A DNA stretch of 59,863 nt from a virus. The position numbers and the translations under genes are program-made. Under the pieces are notes generated by a model. That model saw only the letters and a program-made list of their open reading frames with translations, did not search any database and was not told the origin of the DNA. The DNA is taken from IMG/VR virus record IMGVR_UViG_3300019477_000097; one strand, written 5' to 3'. Position 1 is the stretch's first letter. Every line of letters begins with the position of its first letter. Positions 52,643-59,863 of the stretch are shown here, piece after piece.

Positions 52643-52708
52643 TGTTTAAGTGTGGTTATAATAACCCGTAAACCAAACAGATGCAATGGTCCATATAGGT
52701 TTACGGGT
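52643..52708 (-). promoter_or_regulatory. Intergenic element: conserved 24-nt block with octamer, GGTTA-N3-TAACC palindrome and 11-bp stem-loop
   Basis: The block tgtttaagtgtggttataataacc (52643-52666) recurs at 55408-55431 with one mismatch. The stem is acccgtaaacc 52664-74 with ggtttacgggt 52698-708. A possible TTGCAT-17-TATTAT promoter lies on the minus strand (52686..52658). Confidence 0.5.
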
Positions 52709-52719
52709 GTAAAGTTACG

Positions 52720-53820
52720 TTAAATAAAACGGTCTAAATCTGGCTTGCTGTAATTCTCGCCTTTTTTGATTTTACCGTTTTCATCAAAGACTGGCGTACC
52801 GTTTTCGAACTTAGACCAGTTACTGCGGTTCACTTCGGAAAGAACACCGATTGGGTCGCCTGTCAGCTCGTACAGAACACCGATAGCTGTAACCACAGTA
52901 TCAGCCAAAGCGTCGACAACTTCACGTTTGCGCTCTTTATCGTTGAGGATTGCTTCCAAACATTCTTTAGAGAAAGATGTTTTTGTTTTCCAACTGTCAG
53001 CTTTAACTTCCAACAGGGAACCTACTGTGGATTTAACGTCCTGAATTGTGTCCGCTGCGTTTGCAAACTCGCCCATCTCTTCATAATGGCAACCAATTTG
53101 GACAAGCAGGTCGTCTTTGGTCGGGAACTCTTTGGCACGTCGGAACCACTCGGCAATATTTAAAGCAACGTCATTTTGGAAGCAGAAAGATTGAGTAACT
53201 TCTTCACCAATGTTACGGAACGTTATCGCTTTTTCTTCACCAAATTCTTTAAATGTTCCAACATCGAGTTCTTCAAACACGAAGCTGTGCATAAACAGAT
53301 TTCTGTTTTTATACTCTTTTACCAAGTTGGTTCCGATTTTTGCAAGTTCACTTATGGATAAACCCTCGTATTCAGGAAAGATTCGTACCAAGTATCCCGA
53401 CGCTAGGCATAAGTTTTTTAGCAAAATGGATTTTGCTAAAACGTCCGAACCTTTTGCCAGATAAGACTCAATAATAGAACGAGGAACCATTGGAAAATGA
53501 TATTTCGCTTCAACAGGATTGCTTTGTTCAATTTTACGTTTAATTTCGCGAACAATTTCACGTTCAACAGGATTAGTGTTGACAGTGTCATTAAGGCATT
53601 CAAAAACACCGCGCCAATTTGAGGACGTTACAAAATAAGAATACTTACCGTCATCATATTGTGTCATCGAGTTAACACATTGAGTTCGGTTTGTCAAACG
53701 ATACTCGTTAAAATCTGGTGCGTTTTTCAAAAACCCAATTTCACTTTCACTACCGATGACGGCAACTGTGGTTATTCGAGTGCCTTTAAAAATTGTATCT
53801 TTTTCAACAAGAACTTGCAT
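52720..53820 (-). CDS. Two-domain protein: N-terminal domain paralogous to 53839..54420, C-terminal MazG-like NTP pyrophosphohydrolase
   Basis: The C-terminal half has EEMGEF and EVVDALADTVV (MazG EExxE / ExxD pattern) and NRSNWSKF...GKIKKGENYSKPDL. The N-terminal half has PVEAKYHFPM, compared with PVERRFHLPF in the neighbouring gene. Confidence 0.6.
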   Translation of the reverse strand: MQVLVEKDTIFKGTRITTVAVIGSESEIGFLKNAPDFNEYRLTNRTQCVNSMTQYDDGKYSYFVTSSNWRGVFECLNDTVNTNPVEREIVREIKRKIEQSNPVEAKYHFPMVPRSIIESYLAKGSDVLAKSILLKNLCLASGYLVRIFPEYEGLSISELAKIGTNLVKEYKNRNLFMHSFVFEELDVGTFKEFGEEKAITFRNIGEEVTQSFCFQNDVALNIAEWFRRAKEFPTKDDLLVQIGCHYEEMGEFANAADTIQDVKSTVGSLLEVKADSWKTKTSFSKECLEAILNDKERKREVVDALADTVVTAIGVLYELTGDPIGVLSEVNRSNWSKFENGTPVFDENGKIKKGENYSKPDLDRFI

Positions 53821-53838
53821 AATATTACCTTTCGTTGA

Positions 53839-54420
53839 TTAAAATTCCACAAGACCAGTTAGGATTTCAAGTCCTGTGTTAAAAAATTCGTGTTTGCAAA
53901 AACGGCAATGGTCGAGATATGACGCATTACCGTTTTTAATATCCATATCTACTTCCGCCCAAATGTCCTCAAATGCTGCACGATTATCGTAACCGCCGTG
54001 TTTCATGTAATAGCCGGAAATCTTTAATGCTTTTTTGATACGGTGCTTTTGAAGCCGCCATGCGAATACCGAAAACATCATTTTAGCCAGTTCGTCTGGA
54101 AAGAATGGTAAATGAAAACGGCGTTCCACAGGTTTATGATGACGCACCATCGCGAACATAACGTTCAGGATGCGGTCTACAATCGCTTCCTCTTCATCTG
54201 GTTTGTCCATAATGAGTGAGTCCAAGATTTCATCCGGCGTCATTGTTACGTTAAAAGAAGGATGACCCTCAACATCACGACCCGTTGTAACCACATGGTC
54301 ACGGTAAACGAGAAAGTTCCGTATAAACCCGATTTGCTCGGCAGGCATGGAAATGTTGAACGTAACAATACGGTCTAAACCAAACGTGGTATCCAATTCG
54401 ATTTTAACGGCGTGTTTCAT
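53839..54420 (-). CDS. Hypothetical protein (193 aa), paralog of the N-terminal half of 52720..53820
   Basis: AAAGG RBS before the ATG at 54420. It shares the PVE[RA][RK][FY]H[LF]P motif. Confidence 0.6.
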   Translation of the reverse strand: MKHAVKIELDTTFGLDRIVTFNISMPAEQIGFIRNFLVYRDHVVTTGRDVEGHPSFNVTMTPDEILDSLIMDKPDEEEAIVDRILNVMFAMVRHHKPVERRFHLPFFPDELAKMMFSVFAWRLQKHRIKKALKISGYYMKHGGYDNRAAFEDIWAEVDMDIKNGNASYLDHCRFCKHEFFNTGLEILTGLVEF

Positions 54421-54640
54421 CTTGTTTACCTTTATAATTCCAGTTGCAATCCATTGCATAACCAGCGTAAACATCGCGGATTAAACATTCGATTTCACGA
54501 CCGTCATCTAATTTCATCCGCTTATGTTTAAAGCCGTAATAATGCAAATCATTACTTACACCATTCCCAACATCCTCAGGCGGCATTTCAGGTTCACAAG
54601 CAGTCAAAAGCACCGCAAACGCAAGAACGAGATATTTCAT
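54404..54640 (-). CDS. Small lipoprotein (78 aa)
   Basis: GGAG RBS. The signal peptide MKYLVLAFAVLLTAC carries the canonical lipobox LLTAC. Confidence 0.65.
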   Translation of the reverse strand: MKYLVLAFAVLLTACEPEMPPEDVGNGVSNDLHYYGFKHKRMKLDDGREIECLIRDVYAGYAMDCNWNYKGKQDETRR

Positions 54641-54641
54641 T

Positions 54642-55199
54642 TTAAACTCCATAATTTGTCAATTCCGACATAAAGACATGAGGACTAACATAACCGTCCA
54701 CTTCGTTGTGAAGGACACCACAATGATTAAAAGCAACTACCATCGCAGGGTTACGCAGTTCTTTAAGTTTGTTCAAAATAACCTTTTCAGGTTCATCGGA
54801 AGCACCGCACCAACACTGGTAAACGGACAAACCTACCATGTTTCGGAGTTCCTCTTCAAAATTCTCACTTTTGAGAACTTCTTCAATTTTAGATTCCGAA
54901 ATAAACGGTGCATGAATAGCACTTTTAGTGGAAATACTTTTATTCAACACTCTTAGCATTTCGTCCAGAAACAGACTTAACACTTTAGTAGTTGAATGAT
55001 AGGCTTCTGCAAAAGACTTCAAGAACCAAAAGCTATCAGTAATTAATAAGGCATCAGTGTTCTTCATGTTGGTACAGTAGGACAGTTGCTGTCTCATTAA
55101 GGACTCGATTGCGAGTAACTCGGAAGGACTTGCTCCCACTTGAAGCGTAACTTTACGATGTTTGCCGTAGTAACTGTCCTTTATTACTTTTACTTCCAT
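54642..55199 (-). CDS. Hypothetical protein (185 aa), possibly distantly related to 53839..54420
   Basis: ORF-track ORF. The shared pattern is weak (IHAPF). Confidence 0.6.
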   Translation of the reverse strand: MEVKVIKDSYYGKHRKVTLQVGASPSELLAIESLMRQQLSYCTNMKNTDALLITDSFWFLKSFAEAYHSTTKVLSLFLDEMLRVLNKSISTKSAIHAPFISESKIEEVLKSENFEEELRNMVGLSVYQCWCGASDEPEKVILNKLKELRNPAMVVAFNHCGVLHNEVDGYVSPHVFMSELTNYGV

Positions 55200-55205
55200 G
55201 TGACA

Positions 55206-55394
55206 TTATTCCTTATCCAAGCGTTTGTAAACTTCGCCACCACAAACAAAATGTACTAAGTAGACGAGACCGAATGCAACCGCGAAACCTGCAATGTCAA
55301 CTGGGCTTACCGAATCCAGCATACGGTTAAACAGAAATACGCTTGTAGCGTACACGGCGAATAAAACCAGACTACGAAAAATACCTTTAAGCAT
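55206..55394 (-). CDS. Small membrane protein (62 aa, 2 TM)
   Basis: CAAGGAG RBS and two hydrophobic segments. Confidence 0.6.
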   Translation of the reverse strand: MLKGIFRSLVLFAVYATSVFLFNRMLDSVSPVDIAGFAVAFGLVYLVHFVCGGEVYKRLDKE

Positions 55395-55407
55395 TTGTTG
55401 CTCCTTG

Positions 55408-55456
55408 TGTTTAAGTGTGGTTATAGTAACCTAGTTCTAAACAGATTACTATAACC
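55408..55456 (-). promoter_or_regulatory. Second copy of the conserved octamer-containing intergenic block plus 11-bp stem-loop
   Basis: The block tgtttaagtgtggttatagtaacc lies at 55408-55431. The stem is ggttatagtaa 55419-29 with ttactataacc 55446-56, with a 16-nt loop. Confidence 0.5.
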
Positions 55457-55472
55457 TTTACAAATCAATACA

Positions 55473-55724
55473 TTACACATCTAATTCCTTGCCAACAACG
55501 TCAATCATACGTTGAATAAAAGGTTCCAGAAGTGCAACGTGTGCGGGTTCGCATGACTCAACAGCACTTTCGAGATACTCTTTGGCACGGCGCATTCCCA
55601 ATTTGCTTTTGCAATCCAGAAGCAATGTCGCGTAGTGTTCCAGAACATCACACAATTCGCCATCAATCAAGCTAATAATAGCCTCATCACGTTCACGGTT
55701 GAAATCTTCAATAGTCTTTTCCAT
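55473..55724 (-). CDS. Hypothetical protein (83 aa)
   Basis: The ATG at 55724 lies just after the primase stop. Confidence 0.55.
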   Translation of the reverse strand: MEKTIEDFNRERDEAIISLIDGELCDVLEHYATLLLDCKSKLGMRRAKEYLESAVESCEPAHVALLEPFIQRMIDVVGKELDV

Positions 55725-55725
55725 A

Positions 55726-58128
55726 TCATAACCCACTAATAATATCAATGTTCAGTATCCGATAGCATTTACCGTAAAAACTGTAATTTTTAACAATGTC
55801 CACAGGCTTACATTCCATAATAAAGCCGTTAGCTATCAAACTTGCCAATGTTGCGTCCAATGCGGCATTACTACCTCTTGGATACTTAGCATAAGATGTA
55901 ATGCGAGACAATCTGCGGGACAAATAGCTACGCGGTATCACGCCGTCCACTTGCATCTGAGGTTTAATACCGTAACTATCCGGAAGCAACTCGCGGAGAT
56001 ACTCAACCATAATGGACAACATCTTACGCTCACGGCTATCATCGGACAAACCAATATCACCGTCCATAAGTTTTTGGCTCATGGTTCCGATGTCTCGTCT
56101 AACCACAGTAATAGCCCAGTCCAGATGTTCCTTAGTGATAATCGGCGTAATCCAGTTATCCGCAACGGCAAGCAAGGCGGAAAGTCGTGCAACCTTTAAC
56201 GCCGCACGGTTCCACATTTGTCGATAGCTTTCATCGTCCGTCTTGTTAATCTCGTTGTCGCATTCTAACTCGAACTTACTCAACATCTCCGCAGCTTCCG
56301 CGGTTTTATCCACAGGCTGTGAAGTTCTCATATTAAGTAAGTTTTGCGCTTGGAATGCGAGTTTAACCAGACCGTCTGTCAAAGCCTCGTCTGGAGATGT
56401 CAAAGTCTTGTTATTCATTGGTGGACGTTTACCGTCGTACTCAATAATAAGGAAACGGCTAAGGAAACCATCTTCCATCATGCTAGGTGTCAAGGACTGG
56501 TAGAAAGTATCAGGTGTCGTTTCGCCTATCATACTATAAGCAACACCACTAACGGACGCGATGTTGTTATCCTTATTCGAGTAACCGATACCACCAACAA
56601 CACTTTGCGGACCAGATTTTTGATACAAGTTCGTCATCTGTGTTCTAAGTGTGGTTAGCGGACCGTCTTTAAGGTCATCCGACAAGCGTTTGAGCTTACG
56701 ACCCCATTCACCGCTGACATTCACAAAACTAGGGTTCGCGGCAACAGCTTTCATTAACGCCGGACCGCTGGCATAGTCGGTAAAGTCAACAAAACTATGG
56801 AAAGTCGGCATCTTTTGGCTGGCAGCAGCAATTAAGGAAGAGATTCCCGAGTGCATGGCTTCCTTACCAATAGCACTTCGTGCGATAAGAACGATGTACA
56901 TATTGAGACCGGATTGTGGAATGTGCCACGCTTTACCACAGATACCCGCCAACAATCCTAAAGCTGACACAATAGCAACTTCTTTGACAGGGCGCGGTGC
57001 AGTTTGATAGATGTACTGTGCGATTCGCCCCGCAAACCCTGGACACCAACTCAATCCGACTTTACCGCTGCTTACAACTTCCGCGCTTACAGGGGCTGCA
57101 AGGCTCGCTACAACGGGGGCGGGGGTAGGGGCTGCTACAGGTGCGTTTTGCCCTACAACGTGCAAGGCAGGCTCAACACGGCTGGGCATTGGTGCGCCCT
57201 GTATGTTGGCAATGGCTTTAGCCGCTTTTTGCCGTATCGCCGCCGTAGCGTCAATGCTGGCAACCAGACAACTCAAATCCACCGCTTGTTCCGCAGCTTC
57301 GCGGCTGCGAATCATTTTCAGAGTTCGGTTCAGATACACATCGTTTTTAACAGCTTTTTCACGCTGTCCTAATGCACTAGAACGGAACAACCGACGGCAC
57401 TGTTCATTACTTGGAGAGTAGAACGTAAACATAGACATCAAAGCAACGTCTGCTTCTGACTGACTAGGATAACCTAGCTCATGCCAACGTCCTTCGTACA
57501 ACGCCAGGAACTTATCCTTGTTGTCTGCTTCCGCCGCCATTTGTAGGATATACCAATCGTCATCGACAGCTTCCAGTTCCTCAAGTTCGATTGCCGCGCC
57601 ACGAATAACGTCCATCTGACTCGCCATATTGCAAGCCATTTCATTCCGGTCTGCAATAGGCAAGTTCTCGACAACCCTACCTGTGGTTACAATAAAACGT
57701 TGACGAGAATATATCTCAACGTTACCGCGTTTACGACCTGCACCAACGTCTGCTCGAACCCAGATGTGCAAACCTTTACCGGATACACTGGATTCAGTAT
57801 AGCTGGCGTAAGTTTTCATCATTCTGTAGTACAAGTCGTAATCTTCTTGTGTCGTCCACAACTCCGGATGGTCTGGACAGTTCTCTGCGTCCTTAACATC
57901 CAAGTCAATACAAGTATAAGGGTCGTTTTCCGAAAGGATAAACCCAATGTTAAGACCACGACTATAAGCAGCTTGGCAAGCGTCTTCAAAACGCATCCAA
58001 GTGTTAGGCTCATTTACGGAAGCATAAGTCACCTTCCCGTTAACCACCGTGCAAGGTGCTTTATCTCCTCCGCAAATCGCCCATTGAGGACGTTCCCTCA
58101 ACTCCGCAGGAATTAAATTCCAACTCAT
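55726..58128 (-). CDS. Bifunctional primase-polymerase (prim-pol) fused to a helicase-like (DUF3987/D5-type) domain
   Basis: The N-terminus has CIDLDVKD and SGKGLHIWV, typical of prim-pol domains. The large C-terminal region has the P-loop-like segment ARSAIGKE. Confidence 0.7.
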   Translation of the reverse strand: MSWNLIPAELRERPQWAICGGDKAPCTVVNGKVTYASVNEPNTWMRFEDACQAAYSRGLNIGFILSENDPYTCIDLDVKDAENCPDHPELWTTQEDYDLYYRMMKTYASYTESSVSGKGLHIWVRADVGAGRKRGNVEIYSRQRFIVTTGRVVENLPIADRNEMACNMASQMDVIRGAAIELEELEAVDDDWYILQMAAEADNKDKFLALYEGRWHELGYPSQSEADVALMSMFTFYSPSNEQCRRLFRSSALGQREKAVKNDVYLNRTLKMIRSREAAEQAVDLSCLVASIDATAAIRQKAAKAIANIQGAPMPSRVEPALHVVGQNAPVAAPTPAPVVASLAAPVSAEVVSSGKVGLSWCPGFAGRIAQYIYQTAPRPVKEVAIVSALGLLAGICGKAWHIPQSGLNMYIVLIARSAIGKEAMHSGISSLIAAASQKMPTFHSFVDFTDYASGPALMKAVAANPSFVNVSGEWGRKLKRLSDDLKDGPLTTLRTQMTNLYQKSGPQSVVGGIGYSNKDNNIASVSGVAYSMIGETTPDTFYQSLTPSMMEDGFLSRFLIIEYDGKRPPMNNKTLTSPDEALTDGLVKLAFQAQNLLNMRTSQPVDKTAEAAEMLSKFELECDNEINKTDDESYRQMWNRAALKVARLSALLAVADNWITPIITKEHLDWAITVVRRDIGTMSQKLMDGDIGLSDDSRERKMLSIMVEYLRELLPDSYGIKPQMQVDGVIPRSYLSRRLSRITSYAKYPRGSNAALDATLASLIANGFIMECKPVDIVKNYSFYGKCYRILNIDIISGL

Positions 58129-58129
58129 A

Positions 58130-58912
58130 TTATTCACCCAAGTCAATTATCTTTTGTGTACGGTATTTGTCCCGTAAATACTCAATGTCAGCGTCAAGCT
58201 GTGCAATGATTTTCTTCTTCTCCGCAAGTTTAGCCTTGTACTCTTTAAAATACAAGTCATGCAACATAACTTCACCGTTACGTCTACGCTTCTGGTTCTC
58301 GTTATAGCGGATATATTTAATTAACCGTTCTTCTTCCTTAAAGTTCACCTTATCCACACCAGCTTTGACAAACTCTTGGAAAGATGTACCCACAGCTAAG
58401 GCTCGAGGACGGCTTAACAAGTATTGCAACGACAGCGTGAAGTTCCCGTTTTTAAGATGTGATGGTGAGCATTTCGCCCGCAAGTCCATATACTCGGTAA
58501 AGTCCTCTTCCGCAATCCATAATTCCGGCTCGGTTAATTCCAGTTCTTTCCCAAAAATACGATGGTAGTCGGTCAAGTACGCTTGAACCATTTCGTATTC
58601 CAGTTCCGAAGCAGCCAACTTATCCAAGTAAGCCAAGTTCCGCATCAGCATTAACGGCGATTCCGCTTTAGGGATTACCAAACGTCCACGCGCCGCCCGC
58701 AAGCCGTCTAATTTACTTTGCAGGTAGTGAACCGTCATTTTCTCAATGTCCACCATCACAGCGTCTTTTTTAAGTGTAGAGATAGTTTCCATAATATCTG
58801 CAACCGCAGTCGGAAACTCTCGAATCAACGCCTGCATTAAAATATCTTCCTCTAACTTAACAGAAGTCTCGTGTTCCACATTATCTGTGGTTAAAACTTT
58901 AACATCTTCCAT
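58130..58912 (-). CDS. Hypothetical protein (260 aa)
   Basis: I chose the ATG at 58912 inside ORF 58130..58978. Confidence 0.6.
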   Translation of the reverse strand: MEDVKVLTTDNVEHETSVKLEEDILMQALIREFPTAVADIMETISTLKKDAVMVDIEKMTVHYLQSKLDGLRAARGRLVIPKAESPLMLMRNLAYLDKLAASELEYEMVQAYLTDYHRIFGKELELTEPELWIAEEDFTEYMDLRAKCSPSHLKNGNFTLSLQYLLSRPRALAVGTSFQEFVKAGVDKVNFKEEERLIKYIRYNENQKRRRNGEVMLHDLYFKEYKAKLAEKKKIIAQLDADIEYLRDKYRTQKIIDLGE

Positions 58913-59213
58913 TTTTAAATACCTTATCTGTTGAGTTATCCCATGAAATAACCATACCACAGCCGATGTAACAAACACCGCTGTCGAAAGTTACCTTATA
59001 ACCTGCTTCGCGCAACTTCTGCACAACTTTGTAAGCGTCGGACTCTTTGTCCAACGAATCTTCACCATACAACCATAAATTATAAGGTGTAGAAGTAATT
59101 TTAACAGAAGTTAATCCGCTTTGAGCAGAGATTTTAATACACTTCTCAATATATTCCATATGCGTATCGTAAGTTCTAACCGATAAGCTACGAGCTTCTT
59201 CCGCGGTTATCAT
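58899..59213 (-). CDS. Hypothetical protein (104 aa)
   Basis: Coupled ORF. Confidence 0.6.
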   Translation of the reverse strand: MITAEEARSLSVRTYDTHMEYIEKCIKISAQSGLTSVKITSTPYNLWLYGEDSLDKESDAYKVVQKLREAGYKVTFDSGVCYIGCGMVISWDNSTDKVFKNGRC

Positions 59214-59612
59214 TTAAATATCTCCAAGTGATACAGCATTTAAGACTTTCGCGTGTTGTCTCGCGTCTTCAAGGTTTAAGTGAACTAAACCATGCTCAAG
59301 CAATTTCATTTCCCAACCCAATCCTTGCCATTTAGCTTGGTAATCATAGAAGCCATGTTCCTGTGAGTATGTAATGTAATGATAGCTTGTTCCAACGGTC
59401 AGCGGTTCCGTTTCCCCTTTAATGAATTCGTGTTTACCGACAGTAATAACCACAGTTGCGCGTCGATATTCGCCAACGTCCCAAAGTGGGTGGTCTTCGC
59501 ATTGCACCCATTCGCCGTCAATCTTATGTTGCCAACGTGTCCAAGGTTTGTCTGTAAGCATAGCGTCCATTGCATACAGTTGCATAAGTTTCGCGTGTTT
59601 ATAAGATGGCAT
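59214..59612 (-). CDS. Hypothetical protein (132 aa), first gene of the leftward block
   Basis: AAGGAG RBS before the ATG at 59612. Confidence 0.65.
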   Translation of the reverse strand: MPSYKHAKLMQLYAMDAMLTDKPWTRWQHKIDGEWVQCEDHPLWDVGEYRRATVVITVGKHEFIKGETEPLTVGTSYHYITYSQEHGFYDYQAKWQGLGWEMKLLEHGLVHLNLEDARQHAKVLNAVSLGDI

Positions 59613-59688
59613 AGTAGCTCCTTTAGTAAGTGTAACTGTGAACAGTTTTAAATAAGATTAAACAGCAACGGCTCAAATTCGCCCGCCA

Positions 59689-59720
59689 AGCCACTTTTAG
59701 GGCTTGCCCTATACTTACCC
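59689..59720 (+). promoter_or_regulatory. Repeated promoter-like box AGCCACT-N9-GCCCTATACTTACCC (+ strand), pointing across the genome junction
   Basis: agccacttttagggcttgccctatacttaccc. A near copy lies on the minus strand at 34655..34677, and a related GCCCTATAATACC lies at 4043..4055. Confidence 0.35.
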
Positions 59721-59736
59721 CTTACCCGTGCCTTTG

Positions 59737-59863
59737 AATGCGCTGTAAGGCTCAAATTAAGCCAGTAAACGTGCATCTCTGTAACCACAATGTAAGGCGT
59801 TTGGTTTTTGGGCTGTTTGCCGTTGCTTTAAAGAGGTTTGCAGTATAGGCGGATTTAAAATGT
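59737..59863. repeat. Terminal direct repeat, right copy (identical to 1..127)
   Basis: Exact identity with 1..127. Confidence 0.9.

Noticed and set aside
52658-52686. TTGCAT-17-TATTAT sigma70-like promoter on the minus strand
   Set aside because: I did not call it separately. The -35 lies in the loop, and the -10 in the tail, of an 11-bp stem-loop that could equally be the terminator of the upstream operon. The homologous region at 55.4 kb lacks a comparable -35.
58350-58358. A perfect consensus DnaA box TTATCCACA inside gene 58130..58912 (near-boxes TGTGGATAG at about 42111 and GGTGGATAA at about 7195)
   Set aside because: One exact 9-mer in 120 kb of two-strand sequence is close to chance expectation, and there is no clustering. 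I mention it only because the abundant octamer is a one-mismatch relative.
1-59863. Search for a lysogeny module (integrase, CI/Cro-type repressors, attP), tRNAs and homing endonucleases or introns
   Set aside because: I recognised none on either strand. The phage is therefore probably virulent. Small HTH regulators among the many hypothetical early proteins cannot be excluded by eye.

Overview
The window is a complete tailed-phage genome: a 59,736-bp unit plus a 127-bp exact end duplication (1..127 = 59737..59863).

Layout:
- **Control region.** About 2.5 kb of largely non-coding, repeat-dense sequence spans the junction (59613..59863 plus 1..2356).
- **Rightward genes, 2357..34142.** These start with three small AT-rich genes, a compact C5-methyltransferase-like gene, and a nuclease with several small genes. 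A lysis cassette follows (membrane proteins, i-/o-spanin, M15 endolysin). Then come terS, an extra gene, terL, portal, scaffold and capsid, followed by head-tail genes. The tail is siphovirus-type, with a G/T-type -1 frameshift, a 1235-aa tape measure, a J-like fiber, a 1121-aa fiber and a 1113-aa beta-helix tailspike.
- **Leftward genes, 59612..34173.** These include a prim-pol/helicase, RNase H and an ATP-dependent ligase. A recombination set follows (Sak4-like ATPase, DUF669-like protein, Cas4-like nuclease, SF2 helicase). Next is a 7-deazaguanine DNA-modification cluster (queE, queC, a membrane protein, a queF-like gene, queD, folE, dpdA), then a clamp-like protein and a B-family DNA polymerase.

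I saw no integrase, repressor, tRNA, rRNA or CRISPR array. Spanins and lipoproteins indicate a Gram-negative host. The organisation resembles known deazaguanine-modified siphophages, but I cannot verify that without a database search.

The most unusual signal is an exact octamer, TGTGGTTA/TAACCACA, present about 78 times where about 2 are expected. It occurs in all reading frames and on both strands, with a polarity that follows the genome rather than transcription.

Other points of interest:
- atypical members of the deazaguanine cluster
- three separate iteron-like repeat arrays in the control region
- a Lys/Ala/Glu-rich histone-like protein with two paralogs
- two small lipoprotein genes, one of them missed by the ORF track

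All counts and alignments were done by eye and need recomputation.
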